DNA from: an uncultured Chloroflexia bacterium
GTDB lineage: Bacteria > Chloroflexota > Chloroflexia > QHBQ01 > JADMIH01
Length of the DNA: 64,000 bases
Assembly (NCBI GenBank): GCA_963797095.1
Contig: CAWCNY010000005.1
Coordinates: 480,001 to 544,000 of the forward strand
Direction: 5' to 3'
Each line of letters opens with the position of its first letter. The stretch's first letter is position 1. Positions 1-13,100 of this stretch are shown piece by piece. A model generated the notes under the pieces. That model had not been told where the DNA came from and did not search any database. It worked only from the letters and a program-made list of their open reading frames with translations. The translations under genes were made by a program, and so were the position numbers.

Positions 1-15
1 CTAAGATAATTATCC

Positions 16-45
16 TTGACAAGCGATTGACCGTTGCCCTATAAT
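16..45 (+). promoter_or_regulatory. sigma70-type promoter of tRNA-Leu
   Basis: TTGACA (16-21), 18-nt spacer, TATAAT (40-45), just upstream of the tRNA. Confidence 0.8.
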
Positions 46-56
46 AACTTCACCAA

Positions 57-142
57 GCCGAAGTGGCGGAACGGCAGACGCGCTACGTTCAGGGCGTAGT
101 GCCCAATGGGGCGTGTGGGTTCAAATCCCACCTTCGGCACCA
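57..142 (+). tRNA. tRNA-Leu (anticodon CAG)
   Basis: Acceptor stem GCCGAAG/CTTCGGC, D-loop TGGCGGAACGGCAGACG, anticodon arm CTACG-TTCAGGG-CGTAG, long variable arm, T-loop GGTTCAAATCC, encoded CCA end. Confidence 0.97.
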
Positions 143-170
143 ATATGTGGAATGTCTTAATTCTACGCAC

Positions 171-200
171 GAAAAAGCACCTATTGAGGGTGCTTTTTCT
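171..200 (+). terminator. intrinsic terminator after tRNA
   Basis: AAAAAGCACC-loop-GGTGCTTTTT hairpin followed by a T tract. Confidence 0.75.
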
Positions 201-422
201 GTTCCAGGTTGCAAAAAGGCTGCATTCAGTTTGAGGATGCATAGGCGACCTAAGGTATGTCCTGAAGTTTCTCAAAATCAGAGAGTCCATGGCCGTAAGC
301 TCGTGTATAATACTCTATAGAACCTAAGTTCTACAAAATCGATCTTGGCGGTAAGATCATGGACAATACCAATAGGTTTGCTTACCCAGGCTATGTAGAT
401 TGGAAGGATGTGTAGACTAACC

Positions 423-2268
423 TAGATTTTGGTGCGAAACTCCAGGTATGGCCTCCGGTTTGCAAGCTTGGTACTGTAGACTGAGCAATGCAATCGAGGG
501 GGGCCAACTGTACTGCGACCCTAAATCTGGTTCTTCGTCACTTTTGGTGAAGCATGCCTAACAACGTGGATCTATTGCTGGTGAGCGCCGATATACTGTC
601 GAATCCGCGTGCCTCTGCGTCACCATGCCGGTTGTAGCATGCCCTGAAGGCTCTTGGGCCACCGCTTTGAGCGATTTGCTTCCCTGGTTCACCAAAAGTG
701 ACGAAGAGCCGATCAGGGTCGCACTACAAACTATGCTATGTGATCGCTACAACCCGGTGGATATCTTCATTATGGTGCCACAACTGAGCCATTCTATCGA
801 ACCGATGATCCTCAAACTCAATGACCTCCTCGATGATGATGCCATCTTCCAGTACGTCAAAGCTGACCTCTCGAAACGCTATCCGCATACAACCACTACT
901 GGCCGTCCTTCTACTCCGGTCGAGGTCATCCTGCGTATGCTACTCATCAAGCATCTGTATGGCTGGAGCTATGCCCAAACGGAACAATGGGCCTCGGATA
1001 GCCTGGTGTTGCGTGACTTCTGCCGTATCTACTGGCAAAGCGTGCCCGATGATACCACCCTCATCCGCTGGGCATTGCTGATCCAGCCTGCTACTTTACA
1101 TCAATTGCTCGACCATGTTGTCGAATTGGCCTGCCAACTCAAAGTGACGCTTGGCCGCAAGTTACGTATCGACGGCACAGTGGTCGAAACCAACATCCAT
1201 GCATCCATGCGCCAACCGACAGTAGGTTGCTGTGCGATGGTGTGCGTGTAATCAGCCGCATCCTGGCGGCTGCGCGTGAGTGGGTGGTTGTTACCACCCA
1301 CAAGGCAAATGAGCTGTTCCGTGACCGCAGCCGCTCGGCCAAACGGCTGACAAAGCAGATCATCGACACGGTCCGTAGCCATGGCCGTGGCGATAGCCGT
1401 GGTGAGGGGCTGCCGAGACTGCCGAGCTACGTAAAGGCAGTTATGAACGCCTGCTAGAGATCGGCGAGGCGATATCGTGCCAAGCCAAAGCGGTGGACAA
1501 GTTGCTGAGGGAGCAAGCTCATGACAAGGCAGGCAGACTAGCCGCCCAGTTGGGGCAGTTTGTGCACGGATGCGAGCGGTTGTAGAGCAGACCAGGCGGC
1601 GAGTGCTGCAAGGTGAGCGGGTACCGGCGAGTGAGAAAGTGGTGAGCATCTTTGAGCCCCAGACGGCGATCATCCGTAAAGGCAAGCTGAGTAAACCAAC
1701 GGAGTATGGGCGCATGGTGTGTCTGGATGAAGTAGAAGGGGGGATCATCAGCCGCTACCAGGTACTGGCAGGCAACCCAGCCGATAGTGAGCAGGTGCTA
1801 CCGAGCTTAGAGCACCATCAGCGAGTGTTCAAGCACCCAGCCAAGCTATTGAGCGCGGACCGGGGTTGCTTTAGCGAGGCAAACGAAGCCGCGGCTGAAG
1901 CAGGGGGAGTAGAGCAGATATGCTTGCCCAAGCCAGGAGCCAAGTCAGAGGAGCGAAGGGCGTATGAACGACAACGCTGGTTTGTGAGGGGGCGCAACTG
2001 GCGAGCAGGCATCGAAGGGAGGATCCATGGGCTGAAGAAGGGGCAGAAGCTGGAGCGCTGCCTAAATCATGGCGAGGCAGGCATGGAACGCTGGGTAGGG
2101 TGGGGAGTGATCAGCCACGACCTATGGCAGATCGCCCAGGCCCAAGCAACATCCCAAGCCCAAACGGCCTAGCTAGCTACAACAAACATTGGTTGTTAAG
2201 GTGTAAAGTATTGAACGGACAAAGCAAGGGGCTTAGCGTGCCCTACGCGAGTTTCGCACCAAAATCTA
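423..2268 (+). mobile_element. IS element (ISNCY/IS5-like DDE transposase), degenerate
   Basis: Perfect 20-bp inverted repeats TAGATTTTGGTGCGAAACTC (423-442) and GAGTTTCGCACCAAAATCTA (2249-2268). Direct repeat CTAACCTAG at 417-425 and 2266-2274 overlaps the ends, so the exact ends are ambiguous by a few nt. Confidence 0.9.
733..2172 (+). pseudogene. frameshifted transposase (DUF772-like N-terminus plus DDE domain)
   Basis: GRPSTPVEVILRML...VPDDTTL...RIDGTVVETNI in ORF 625-1251; continues in other frames (1227-1457 and 1570-2172 with KVVSIFEP, LSADRG, RAGIEGRI). Confidence 0.88.
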
Positions 2269-2690
2269 ACCTAGCGGAAGCGCACGGTCTGGAAAAGTTC
2301 GAAAGGGCAATATGGGTGGTCGGCAACTTAGACTTCGACGGTGGTCCACGTGGAGAATCGATCCGTCAACAATCGCTTACGGAACTGGCAAACATCAAGG
2401 ATCGATTTGTTTAGTTGGGGGACAACGCAGATTTCAACGATCCCATCATACGTAAGAGCATTGATACTCTTGCCGATCTGTCAAATCCGGCCCTGTCGAT
2501 CAAAGATAATAATGAACAGCGCTTCAGTGCTACTATCTCAGCATTGGGAACGGTAAGCTCTCTACTGCCCTATGTACCGCACAAATCATAACGGCGGATC
2601 CAAAGGTGGGGCGACAATAGTACCGCCTCTCATTTGACAGATCGTTTATAATTAGGCCACTATACACACTCTGTATGGAGGGCTTTCGTC

Positions 2691-5075
2691 GTGTCTACCA
2701 AGCTGCGCCTCACCTATACACTTGCGGTGATTGCGGTTGCACTCATCCTCAATAGCGGGTTCGCATTATTCGTTTATAGCAAACCCCTGGAAGCTGATAC
2801 CCATCCCATTTCTCCGCAGGCCCAGGAACTCGAAGCTCTTTTTAAGCCCACGGATCAACCTGCTACCCTGAACACCGTGACCCCCGATACATCGGTTGTG
2901 CGTCAACGCTTTGTCACCGCGAATCTCTCGCCCTTTGCCGATGCTGACGGCGCCGCTACCGAACGTCTACTACTGAATCTCTTTGACAACTTATCGTTGA
3001 CCGGTATCCGCGAGAGTGTCTGGCACAATACAGATGGTAGTATCGTATGGAAGGGGCATATTCAAGATATCTCCTACAGTGAGGTGTTGATCGTTGTAGG
3101 TGGCGGCTCTATAGCTGCTACTATCCGTATGCCTTCCGCGACTTACCAGATCCGCTATGCGGGCAACGACATATATTCGATCCAGCAGGTTGTCTTTCGT
3201 GGCGAAGAGAGCGAATCAGATGCCGTTGCGGTGCCTGGTAACACAAAACAGCCGACAAACCCAACCCAGATTGACCGGATTCCGTCCTCTCAAAGCCAGA
3301 ACCCTTCAACCCCTATTCAAATTGATGTGATGGTCGTCTGGACGCCCGCCGCACAAAATGCAGCAGGCGGCGCACAGCCACTTCTCAATAAGATCAATCT
3401 TAGCATAGCCGACGCCAATAACGCTTACATTAACAGCCAGATCAATATGCAAGTCCGGCTGGTGCATACGGCGGAGACATCATATACAGAATCTTCAACC
3501 ATGTTGGAAGACCTCACGAAACTCCAAAACCCAAACGACGGTTACATGGATGAGGTACATACGTTGAGGTACCAGTATGGCGCGGACCTGGTCTCACTGG
3601 TGGAATCGGAGTCCGAAACCAACATCTGTGGGCGCGGCTTTCAGCCGAATGCTCCTATCAAGCCTGAAGATGAGAGTTATGGATTCAGTGTGGTTGGTGA
3701 GGATTGTACCGGCGGCCTGACTTTAGCTCATGAAATGGGGCACAACATGGGCTCCGCTCATGATCGCGAGCAATCTGCAATTGACGGCTGCCCTGCCCAA
3801 TGCGGGTCCTACTTGTATTCCTACGGCTACCTTGACCCCGGCGGAGCCTTCATGACAGTGATGTCTTATTACCATTCTGATGCCTGCCCCCCTCCCGGCT
3901 ATTGCCAGACTATAGCATATTTCTCGAACCCCAACGTATACTACAGCGGCATGCCAACTGGAGTCGCCGATAACCAGGCCAATTCCGCCGACAATGCCCA
4001 CTCCATTGCGAATAATGCGGCGGCTGTCGCAGCCTTCCGGGGATCGGATTCGCCCCCGTCTACTCCCCGCAACCTCAGGGTAGCCGGAACCGGGAGAAAC
4101 AGCGTAACGCTGGCCTGGGACCCACCGTCAAATCCTGTGCAAACAGGATACAAGGTCTATCGCTGGAACGGCAGTACCTTTGCCTACATCGGCTCAACCC
4201 CGGCAGATACAACTCAATATGCAGACATCGGCCTACAATGTAACTCGGGTTATTCATTTCAAGTGACAGCGTACAACGGAATCGCGGAGTTGGCCCCTAC
4301 TCCCTTCATAAATGCGTCCACCGCCAGTTGCAGCAGCCCAACGGCAACCCCAACCCCTATCGTCGTGAGCACCCCCACCCCCACCGCAACGCCAATACCG
4401 CCCCGTTGCCCCGGCGAGACCTTCACAGACGTATGCCCAGGCGACTACTTCTACGAGCCGGTCCTCTCACTAAATAGCGCGGGCATAATCTCAGGTTACA
4501 ATACGTCGCCGCCCTGTGAGACACCGGCCCACATACCGTGCTTCCGACCTGCCAGCAATGTAACACGTGGACAAACGTCAAAGATAATAGCCCTCGCGGC
4601 AGGCTTCAACGAGCCTGTTACAGGTCAGACGTTCGCAGATATCCTGCCAGGTTCCACTTTTTACCAGTACATCGAACGCCTTGCCGGTCGAGGCATAATC
4701 AATGGCTATCCGTGCGGCAATCCTGAGCCATGCATTGCCCCTGGTAACAAGCCATATTTTCGCCCAAATGAGAATGTCACTAGAGGCCAGTTATCGAAGA
4801 TTGTTTCACAAAGCTTCGGCTATCAGGACACAATAAGCACGCAAACCTTCCAGGATGTGGCTGTTGGCAGCACCTTCTACGTGTATATAGAGCGACTTGC
4901 GATCCGAGAGATCATAAACGGCTACTCATGTGGAGGTGCTGGGGAGCCTTGCCTACCTCCTTATTCAAGACCATATTTCCGGCCCGCCAATCAGGTTACT
5001 CGCGGCCAAACCGCTAAAATCGTCTACAATGCGCGCCAGTTGAGCGCCTCACCATCAGAAACCGAAGGCAAATAG
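2691..5075 (+). CDS. secreted M12B/reprolysin-like zinc metallopeptidase with FN3 and C-terminal SLH-like domains
   Basis: Signal/TM N-terminus; metzincin motif HEMGHNMGSAHD and Met-turn TVMSY; FN3 (PRNLRV..SVTLAW..Y); Pro/Thr linker; FxDV..F/TRGQ repeats. Confidence 0.88.
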   Translation: MSTKLRLTYTLAVIAVALILNSGFALFVYSKPLEADTHPISPQAQELEALFKPTDQPATLNTVTPDTSVVRQRFVTANLSPFADADGAATERLLLNLFDNLSLTGIRESVWHNTDGSIVWKGHIQDISYSEVLIVVGGGSIAATIRMPSATYQIRYAGNDIYSIQQVVFRGEESESDAVAVPGNTKQPTNPTQIDRIPSSQSQNPSTPIQIDVMVVWTPAAQNAAGGAQPLLNKINLSIADANNAYINSQINMQVRLVHTAETSYTESSTMLEDLTKLQNPNDGYMDEVHTLRYQYGADLVSLVESESETNICGRGFQPNAPIKPEDESYGFSVVGEDCTGGLTLAHEMGHNMGSAHDREQSAIDGCPAQCGSYLYSYGYLDPGGAFMTVMSYYHSDACPPPGYCQTIAYFSNPNVYYSGMPTGVADNQANSADNAHSIANNAAAVAAFRGSDSPPSTPRNLRVAGTGRNSVTLAWDPPSNPVQTGYKVYRWNGSTFAYIGSTPADTTQYADIGLQCNSGYSFQVTAYNGIAELAPTPFINASTASCSSPTATPTPIVVSTPTPTATPIPPRCPGETFTDVCPGDYFYEPVLSLNSAGIISGYNTSPPCETPAHIPCFRPASNVTRGQTSKIIALAAGFNEPVTGQTFADILPGSTFYQYIERLAGRGIINGYPCGNPEPCIAPGNKPYFRPNENVTRGQLSKIVSQSFGYQDTISTQTFQDVAVGSTFYVYIERLAIREIINGYSCGGAGEPCLPPYSRPYFRPANQVTRGQTAKIVYNARQLSASPSETEGK

Positions 5076-5082
5076 GCACGCT

Positions 5083-6204
5083 ATGAACGTCGTAATTGCT
5101 AATAGGCGACTCAGATTTACCCTATCCTGCCTCCTTTTGATGTTGTTGACGTTGTCTACTTATGCCCCGGCTTTCGCATACAAAGGCGCTTCCGGCACTG
5201 ACGTTATCGACACACCGACCATCGTCGATTATCCGGACTCTATAGCTTCCACCGGCGATTCCATCACACGAGCTTTCAATACCGGCAGCGTCCCGTTCAC
5301 CGATGCCCCCGCCAACTCCTGGTCCACGGGCACGAACACCACGGTAAACAGCCACTACCTGCGCATCCTTCAGAACAATCCACCCACCGGCGGGAATACC
5401 TACAACGACGCTGTGACCGGGGCGGTTATGGCCGACCTCAATGGGCAGATGGCGACCGCAATCGGCCAGGGCGTGCAATACGTCACCGTCCTCATGGGTG
5501 CAAACGATGCTTGCACCGACACCGAGGCCGAAATGACCCCTGTCGCCGACTATCGCGCCCAGTTCCAGGCGGCCATCGCCACCCTCAGCGCAGGCCTGCC
5601 CGATGCGCGCATCTACATATTGAGCGTGCCCAGCATCTATACCCTCTGGGAAATTCTCAAAGACAACGCATCGGCCCGCTTGATCTGGAACCTGTTCGAC
5701 ATCTGCCAGTCTATGCTCGCCAATCCCCTCTCCAAAGACCCGGCGGATGTGCAGCGGCGCGAGCGCGTGCGCCAGCGCGTGATCGACTATAACACCCAGT
5801 TGGCCGATGTGTGTGCCGTCTACATCCACTGCCGCTTCGACAACAACGCCGTCTTCAACACAGCCTTTGTGCCGAGCGACGTATCCACGCGTGACTACTT
5901 TCACCCCTCGATACCAGGGCAAGCAAAAATCGCCGGTACCACCTATACTGCAGGCTTCGACTTCAGAGACGGAGCCGCGCCTGCATCCGTGGCCGCCGTT
6001 TCCAAGGCCGGCGCTGGGTTGAGCCATGCGGTGACAATCACCGCTCGTGATAATGTGGGAGTAGCAGGGATCGAGTACAAAATCAATGGCGGCCCATACA
6101 CGCGCTATACAGGCCCGATCACACTCCCTGCCGGCAGCAGCCTCACCTACAGGGCTGTGGATGTGAATGGGACCATCGAGACGGCGCGCACAATTAGCCC
6201 GTAA
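5083..6204 (+). CDS. secreted SGNH/GDSL hydrolase with C-terminal Ig-like domain
   Basis: GDSITRA (block I), GANDAC (block III), DYFHPS (block V); signal peptide. Confidence 0.88.
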   Translation: MNVVIANRRLRFTLSCLLLMLLTLSTYAPAFAYKGASGTDVIDTPTIVDYPDSIASTGDSITRAFNTGSVPFTDAPANSWSTGTNTTVNSHYLRILQNNPPTGGNTYNDAVTGAVMADLNGQMATAIGQGVQYVTVLMGANDACTDTEAEMTPVADYRAQFQAAIATLSAGLPDARIYILSVPSIYTLWEILKDNASARLIWNLFDICQSMLANPLSKDPADVQRRERVRQRVIDYNTQLADVCAVYIHCRFDNNAVFNTAFVPSDVSTRDYFHPSIPGQAKIAGTTYTAGFDFRDGAAPASVAAVSKAGAGLSHAVTITARDNVGVAGIEYKINGGPYTRYTGPITLPAGSSLTYRAVDVNGTIETARTISP

Positions 6205-6244
6205 CCGCTCTAATTGTCCTTAGCAAGATTAGCGCGTCGTGTGC

Positions 6245-7009
6245 CTACACTTCTATCTCGGTCACGGACTCCAGTATCTGCGTGGGCCTGTACGGAAATC
6301 GCTCCGCCTGCTCCCTGGTCGTCACACCTGTCAGCACCAGCACCGTCTCAAGGCCGCTTTCGATACCCATAACGATGTCGGTATCCATGCGGTCGCCCAC
6401 CATCACCGCGTCCTCGGAATGAGTGTCCATCGTCCGGAGGGCTGATCTCAGCATAAGAGGGTTCGGCTTGCCAACATAGTAAGGGGCTACTCCGGTAGCT
6501 CTTTCAACTAACGCTGCTACCGCGCCCGTGGCAGGCGCTATCCCACCCTCCACAGGTCCCACCGGATCGGGATTGGTGGCGATAAAGCGCGCCCCGTCCA
6601 GGATGAACCTGATCGCCTTCGTAATACGCTCGAAACTATAGATCGCTGTTTCGCCTAGCACGACATAGTCGGGAGCGTGTTCGCTCAGCACATAACCCAC
6701 GTCATGCAAGGCTGTTGTAAGCCCCGCCTCGCCGATTGCATACGCTGTGCCGTGCGGGCGCTGTGCCGATAGGAACTGCGCCGTCGCCAACGCCGACGTG
6801 TAAACCTTATCCTCAGACACATCGATCCCCATGTAGCGTAGCCTGTTTGCCAGGTCACGCGGCGTGTAGATCGAATTATTCGTGAGGACCAGGAAGCGGG
6901 TCCCGGTCTCCTGCAGTCGCTTGATGAACTCATCCGCCCCCGGCACGGCTTGCGCCCCCCGGATGATCACACCATCCATATCCATAATGTAGTGTTTGCC
7001 ACGCCCCAT
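6245..7009 (-). CDS. HAD-IIA family hydrolase (NagD-like)
   Basis: DMDGV motif [20 protein letters not shown]; GGAGG upstream of ATG at 7009. Confidence 0.92.
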   Translation of the reverse strand: MGRGKHYIMDMDGVIIRGAQAVPGADEFIKRLQETGTRFLVLTNNSIYTPRDLANRLRYMGIDVSEDKVYTSALATAQFLSAQRPHGTAYAIGEAGLTTALHDVGYVLSEHAPDYVVLGETAIYSFERITKAIRFILDGARFIATNPDPVGPVEGGIAPATGAVAALVERATGVAPYYVGKPNPLMLRSALRTMDTHSEDAVMVGDRMDTDIVMGIESGLETVLVLTGVTTREQAERFPYRPTQILESVTEIEV

Positions 7010-7183
7010 AGCCAACCACCCCCTCCGTAGTCGCAGGCTGTATCACCTGCGCACAATCAGCAGCATTATAGGCCATCAGCAGCACAGTCGCAACAAATAG
7101 TAGAGGCGGAACCAATTGGTTCCGCCTCATCTTACCTTTCCGGCTAATCCAGGGTACACCCGGGATTTCCTTCAGGATTGTGC

Positions 7184-10100
7184 CTAGTTATTGGGTTTAG
7201 CAGCAGATGGAGTGTAGAGGACGGAGAGGTAAGCAATCTTGGAGATTTGTGCTCTCGTCGCATCTGCATTCGGTAGGAAGTAAGGCTTGTTCCCTGGCGC
7301 TACACACGGTCCTGCTGGCGGTGTCCCACATGGGTACCCCTCGATTACTCCGTGTGAGTACGCTGTCTCTATGTACTGGTAGAATGTCGACCCTACCGCT
7401 ACGTCCTCGAACGTGTTCGTCGGTGGGTTCTCCAACGTCCAGTTCGATGGGTCTGCAAGCACTGCTGCTCCTACCACTATCTTCGTGATCTGCCCTCTCG
7501 TCACATAGCTGGCTGGCCTGTAGTACGGCTTGCTTCCTGCTCCACACGGCTCCCCAGGTCCTCCACACGGATACCCTACTATCAGTCCAAGGTTGTATGC
7601 TGTCTCCACGTGTACGTAGAAGGTGTGGCCGATTGGCACGTCCTGGAAGTGTGGTCCTCCTGTGGTGTCGATTGTGAAGTTGAAGGCCAGCACCACTATC
7701 TTGGCTAGTTGTCCTCTGGTGGTTGGGTTACCAGGCTTGAAGCATGGTGTGCCTGTATCGCATGGTGGGGAGGTTGAGTAACCGTTGACCACACCATGGC
7801 AGTACATCCACTGCACATACTCATAGAACCAATCGGTTGGGTGCACATCTGTGAAGTCGACCGGGCAGGCGGTAGCCGTAGCTGTAGCTGTTGGCACCAC
7901 TGCCGTATCGGTGGCGGTTGGCGGCACTACTGCTGTGTCAGTCGGTGGCACTACTGCCGTATCGGTTGGGGGTACGATTGGTGTATCGGTGTCTGTGGGT
8001 GGCACTACCGGCGTGTCTGTATCGGTTGGAGGTACCACTGGTGTGTCGGTGGCTGTTCCTGGTACTTGTGTGTTGGTTGCACTGGGAGCTACTGGTGTGT
8101 CGGTTGGGGTGTTGGTTGAAGGTGGAGTGGTCGGGGTCTCGGTCGGGGTGACACACCCTCCTCCACTCGTGTAGATCTCCATGTTCGCCGTCGCTGTGCT
8201 CGGTGCATACCCTCCTACCAACCAGATCGTGCCTCCCCCGTCTGTGTCTACCGCGAAGTTACGGCGGGCCGTCACGAACGGTGTGCCCACGCTCCAACTG
8301 TCTGTGCCTGGGTCGTACACGTCTACCTCATTCGATGGGTTAGGCGCGTCTCTCCCTCCTCCCATTACCCACATCTCCCCTCCCATCGTCAGCGCTCTTG
8401 TCTCCGCTGTCAATCTTGGGATTGAGGTGATGGTGGTCAAGGTGTTGGTTGTGGGGTCGTACTTGTACGAGTAGTCGGTGTCGAAGATGGTGGTGCCATC
8501 CCACCCAGACCCTCCTGCTGTGTAGATCATCCCTCCTATGGCTGCTGTCGGTATGTACCCAAGGGGCTGAGGTAGTAACGTTGAGCCTTTGAGGGTCCAT
8601 CGTGAGCCTGCTGTGCCGTTGGGGTCGAACTCCCACACTTCCTGGGTCATCCCGATGTTGATGGTGAACCCTCCAAGTATGTACAGCTTGTTGTTCACCA
8701 CTGCATACCCTCCTGGGAGGGTGTCTGTGGGGGCAGGCCAGGCATCTGTGGAACTTATGTCGGTCCATGTGTCGGTTGAGGGGTTGTAGTATCTGACAGC
8801 ACTGGTGCCTGTGGTAGCACCGGCGGCACTCCCACCGACCACCACTATCATGGGTGTGCCACTCACTGTGACCACCCCACCACCCATGTTGTTGACCTGG
8901 TTGTCAGGCACAACAGTGGAGGAGGCGGTGGACCATGAGTTGGCTACAGGGTCATAGATGTGAGGGTTGATGGAGTCTGAGCCTGCGCTGTCAGAGTCTC
9001 GACCACCGATGACATAGAACTTACCGGTGGGGGGGAAGTAGACCCCAAGCCCTCTGATGTTACCAAGGGGGTCATTGAAGTCAGGCCCAGCACCCCAGCT
9101 TGCTCCTCCTGCTATGCACGTAGGCGTCGGTGAGGGGCCCACCGGCGTCGGGGTGGCGGTAGCGCCACAGCCACCTGTACCACGATACAGGTGCTCAGCA
9201 AGCGCCCCTCCGTTGTATCCACCCGTGCTCCATATCTCTCCACCCGCTCTCCCTGTCGAGTAGAACCCTGCCTGGTTCGCTTGCCTCCCGGTCGGGAGGA
9301 GTGGTGCTGATGCGGTGAACGACCCTCCTGGCCATGCCGATACACTGTACTCGTCCACTGCATTTGTGAAGTCGAAGTACGTGCCGTTCTGCGCGTCTCC
9401 TCCTATCGCATACAGCTTCCCTCCTGCCGGGTCGTAGGCCAACGCCATGTCTGCCCTGCCCTGCGTCCAGGTCGGTCCGCTCGTCCATGTCCCGCTGCTC
9501 ATGTCCAAACGCAGGCTTGCTGTCGAGTTGGCATCTGGTGCCTCCACTTTGTCTTGCCTTGCGTTCTTTATTGAACTGGCCGGTAGGTTAGGGTTGGTGT
9601 TAGGGTTGGTGCCCTTGGTCAGAGGGGTTGCCCCGTAGGAGCCTATCGCATACAGATACTGCCCCACGCTCGTATACCCACCCAGTAGGTATGGCGAGGG
9701 GGCGGCGGTACCGCTTGACCATGTGTTGCCAGTGGTGCTGTACACCTCCACCGATGTGGACGCTCCACCACTGCCGCCTCCTACCACATACACATTGGTG
9801 CCCGATGCTCCTACTGCCGACCCATAGGTGTCGGTTACTCCTGGGACCGAGGGTCCTGTGGTCCAGGTGTCAGTGCCGACGTTGTAGATGTAGAAGCCTG
9901 GTCCATCAAAACCCTGCGTGCAGTAGATGAACCCGCTCAGGTAGGCACAACTGTTGGCTTCGCTTGATGCGGGTACTGGAGCAAGGGTAGTCCAGGTGTT
10001 GGTGGCGGCGTTGTACCTGGAGTTGGCGGTGGTCGACGCGAATGTGGCATCCAACCCGCCGATTACATACAGGTCATTGCCGTTCTGTGCAAAGCCGTAG

Positions 10101-13100
10101 CGCAGTCTCGCACCAGGCAGAGCGGCCCCTGGTGTCCATACTCCTCCCGCTACACACGTTGGTGTGGCTGTCGCGCCACCCGGTGTGTTGGTGGGGGTAG
10201 CGGTGGCCGGTGTGCCTGTAGCACATGAGCCTGGCATGTAGGTGAACATGGACCCTGCACTCACTGGTTGCCCTGACCCATTGCAGAATGCTTGCAGGAA
10301 CAACGAACCTGTGTCCTTCTGCACTCCTCCTGTTGCCGAGCTGTTCCCGTTCCCTACCGTCGCGTAGATGACGTCTATCTGTCCTGTCCCTTCATACAGC
10401 CTCGCCTCGAAGCTAACCCTCGTCCCACACACTCCTCCTGAGTAGTAGCACCCTCTCCACTCTACGTTGAAGATGCGGTTTGGTGCACTCCCCGAGACCG
10501 AGGTGTAGATGCCGTCTCCTGCCGTCGTCAGCAGCAGGTCGTCCCAGTATGCGTGTATCACGTAGTTGTGCGAGGCGTACGGCTCGCATGCATTGGTGAA
10601 GGTGGAGGTGGACGACACGAACTGCAGCGTCCCATTGGAGTCCACGTTCACTGATGAGTAGGAGTTACCGTAGAAGGTGAAGGGGAATGGGATGGCTGCC
10701 GGATTGACGCAGTCATCGCAGTTGGATCCCGATACCATGGTGGTACCTGGTACTATGGTGGCTCCTGTGGAGGTTGTCAGGGTGTAGTTAGCTACACATG
10801 TGGTGGGGGTGGCGGATGGAAGTGGTGTGTTGGTGGGTCCACCAGGTGTGTTGGTTGGTACTGGTGTGCACCCTCCTCCTCCTTGCAATGTCGATACCTG
10901 CACCAGGTCGTAGTAGGACACTCCGTCCACTCCTCCCTGGATCATCAGCTTCCCTCCTGCGCTCCCTCCTCCTACTGATGAGGCGGTGGTCACGACCGGG
11001 TTGCCGTATGTCCAGCTGTCGGTGGCTATGTCGTAGATCTCTACCGTGTTGGCCAGCGGCACTCCGTTGAAGTAAGAGGTGCCAGGGCCTCCTCCTGCTA
11101 CCGCGAAGATGCTCGTGCCGTCACTCATCAACTCTTCCCATGTCCTTGCCTGCTGCAAGGGGGCCATGGTGGTCACTACATCAGCCACAGGGTCATACCT
11201 GTACACTGTGCCTACTGTGGTGCCTCCTGCTATCCCTCCTATCACGTAGATGTACGAGCCTACCGTGATGGCTCTCCCGTAAGCCAGCCCTACAGGCAGG
11301 GTAGCCCCTGCGGTTGACCAACTGTCGGTGGCTATGTCGTACACGATGATGTCGTTGAAAGGCACAGGGTTGCCACCCACCACGTATATCTTGCCGTTGT
11401 ATGCAGCGCTCATACCTGAGCGGGCTGCTGGCAGAGGTGCGCCTGTTGACCAGGTGTTGGAGGCTATGTCGTAGATGGCGTTCTCGGTGATGTGGGTGCC
11501 GATGTAGCCACCAGGCAGGTAGATCTTGCCGTTCCAGTAAGCAGCTTGAGCGTTCTGCTTGGCGGTAGGCATGTTGGCAAGTTGGGTCCAGGTCTGGCCC
11601 GTAGGGTCCCATCTCCACAGGTCGTTGAGGTAGGTGCCACTAGACGTGCCACCACCCATGACGTACACGTAGGTGCCGTCAGAGATGCCTGTATTCCGGT
11701 ATCGAGCGGAAGGACCGGTGGTGGAGGTAGCCCACGGACCTGGTATCCCTCCTACCGAGCATGGTGTCGGTGATGGCCCTACCGCTGTCGGGGTTGCGCT
11801 AGCGCAGCCACCGCCTGCGTAGACCTGAGTGATATTCGTGGGAGTGCCGGCAGTGCCGTATCCACCCGCCACGAACACGCGCGACCCATCTGTATCTGCG
11901 GCCGCGTTACGCGCTGCGCTGGCCATGGGTAAGCCCAGGCTCCAGGTGTCAGTGCCGGGATCATAGATATCTACTTCGGTGCTTGGGTTGGGTGCTGTTC
12001 TACCACCACCCAGGACCCACATCTGACCACCTATGGTCACTGCCCTTGTTTCGCCTGTTGCCCTCGGAATGGTGGCAATCGTTGTGATAGTGTCGGCCAC
12101 CGGGTTGTACGCATAAGAGTTGTTACTATCAACGATTGTCGTCGTGTACAGAGAGCCACCGCCGATGTAGATCATCGAGCCTACGGTGGTAGCAGGTATA
12201 TAGCCCATCGCTACCGGCAAGGTGGCGCTCTTCAACGTCCATCTGGAGCCGGCAGGTTGCGACGGGTCGAACACCCAGATGGTATTGATCATACTCACGT
12301 TGATGTTGAACCCGCCGAGTATGTACAGCTTGTTCTGGTAGATGGCGCCACCACCGGGCAATGTAGAAGCAGTCGGGGCTTGAGGCCAGTTGTCACCGAG
12401 GGTGGTTATTGTATCGGCAATCGGGTCGTACACTCTCACTGCGTTGGAGGAGGTAGCTGCACCTGCCGCTGACCCGCCTACCATGACGATAACAGGGTTC
12501 GCAAAGCCGGGTACTGTCATCACACCGCCCACTATATTGTTTACCTGGGCGTCGGTGAAGACCGCCGTCTTGGTGATCCAGGTGTCGGCCACCGGATCGT
12601 ACTCGTGCGGGTTCAGGTAGTCCGAACCTGCGACATCAGTGCTGCGGCCACCAAGCACATAGAATTTACTGTTGTTTGGATACCAGACGCCAAGCCCGCG
12701 CACTACAGGGCCAGCGCCGAATGGTGCCTTGATAGTCCACACAGCAGGCACACACGGCGTAGCCGTAGCTGTAGCGCCCGAAGGAGTGTTGGTACCGGTG
12801 GGTGTGGAGGTGAGTGGTGCCGGTGTGTTGGTAGCGGCGGGTGTGTTGGTTGGACCACAAGAACCCGCGATGAAGTTGAGTTGCAACCCACCTGTGATAG
12901 CTGGACTGGCTGTGTTGCACTTGTATTGAGTGAACACACTCCCTGTGTCCTTCTGCACTCCTATCGTCTCACTCCCTGTGTCGGTGATCCCGGTCCCATA
13001 CACCACACTGAAGCTCGACGACCCCTGTGTCAATATTATCTCGTACTCCAGGGGTACGCTGTTGTCGGCGAACAGCACTGTGTGGTAATCGATGTAGAAG

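Noticed and set aside
6930-7130. 66-aa ORF with hydrophobic N-terminus
   Set aside because: Overlaps the HAD gene start in another frame and has no recognisable family
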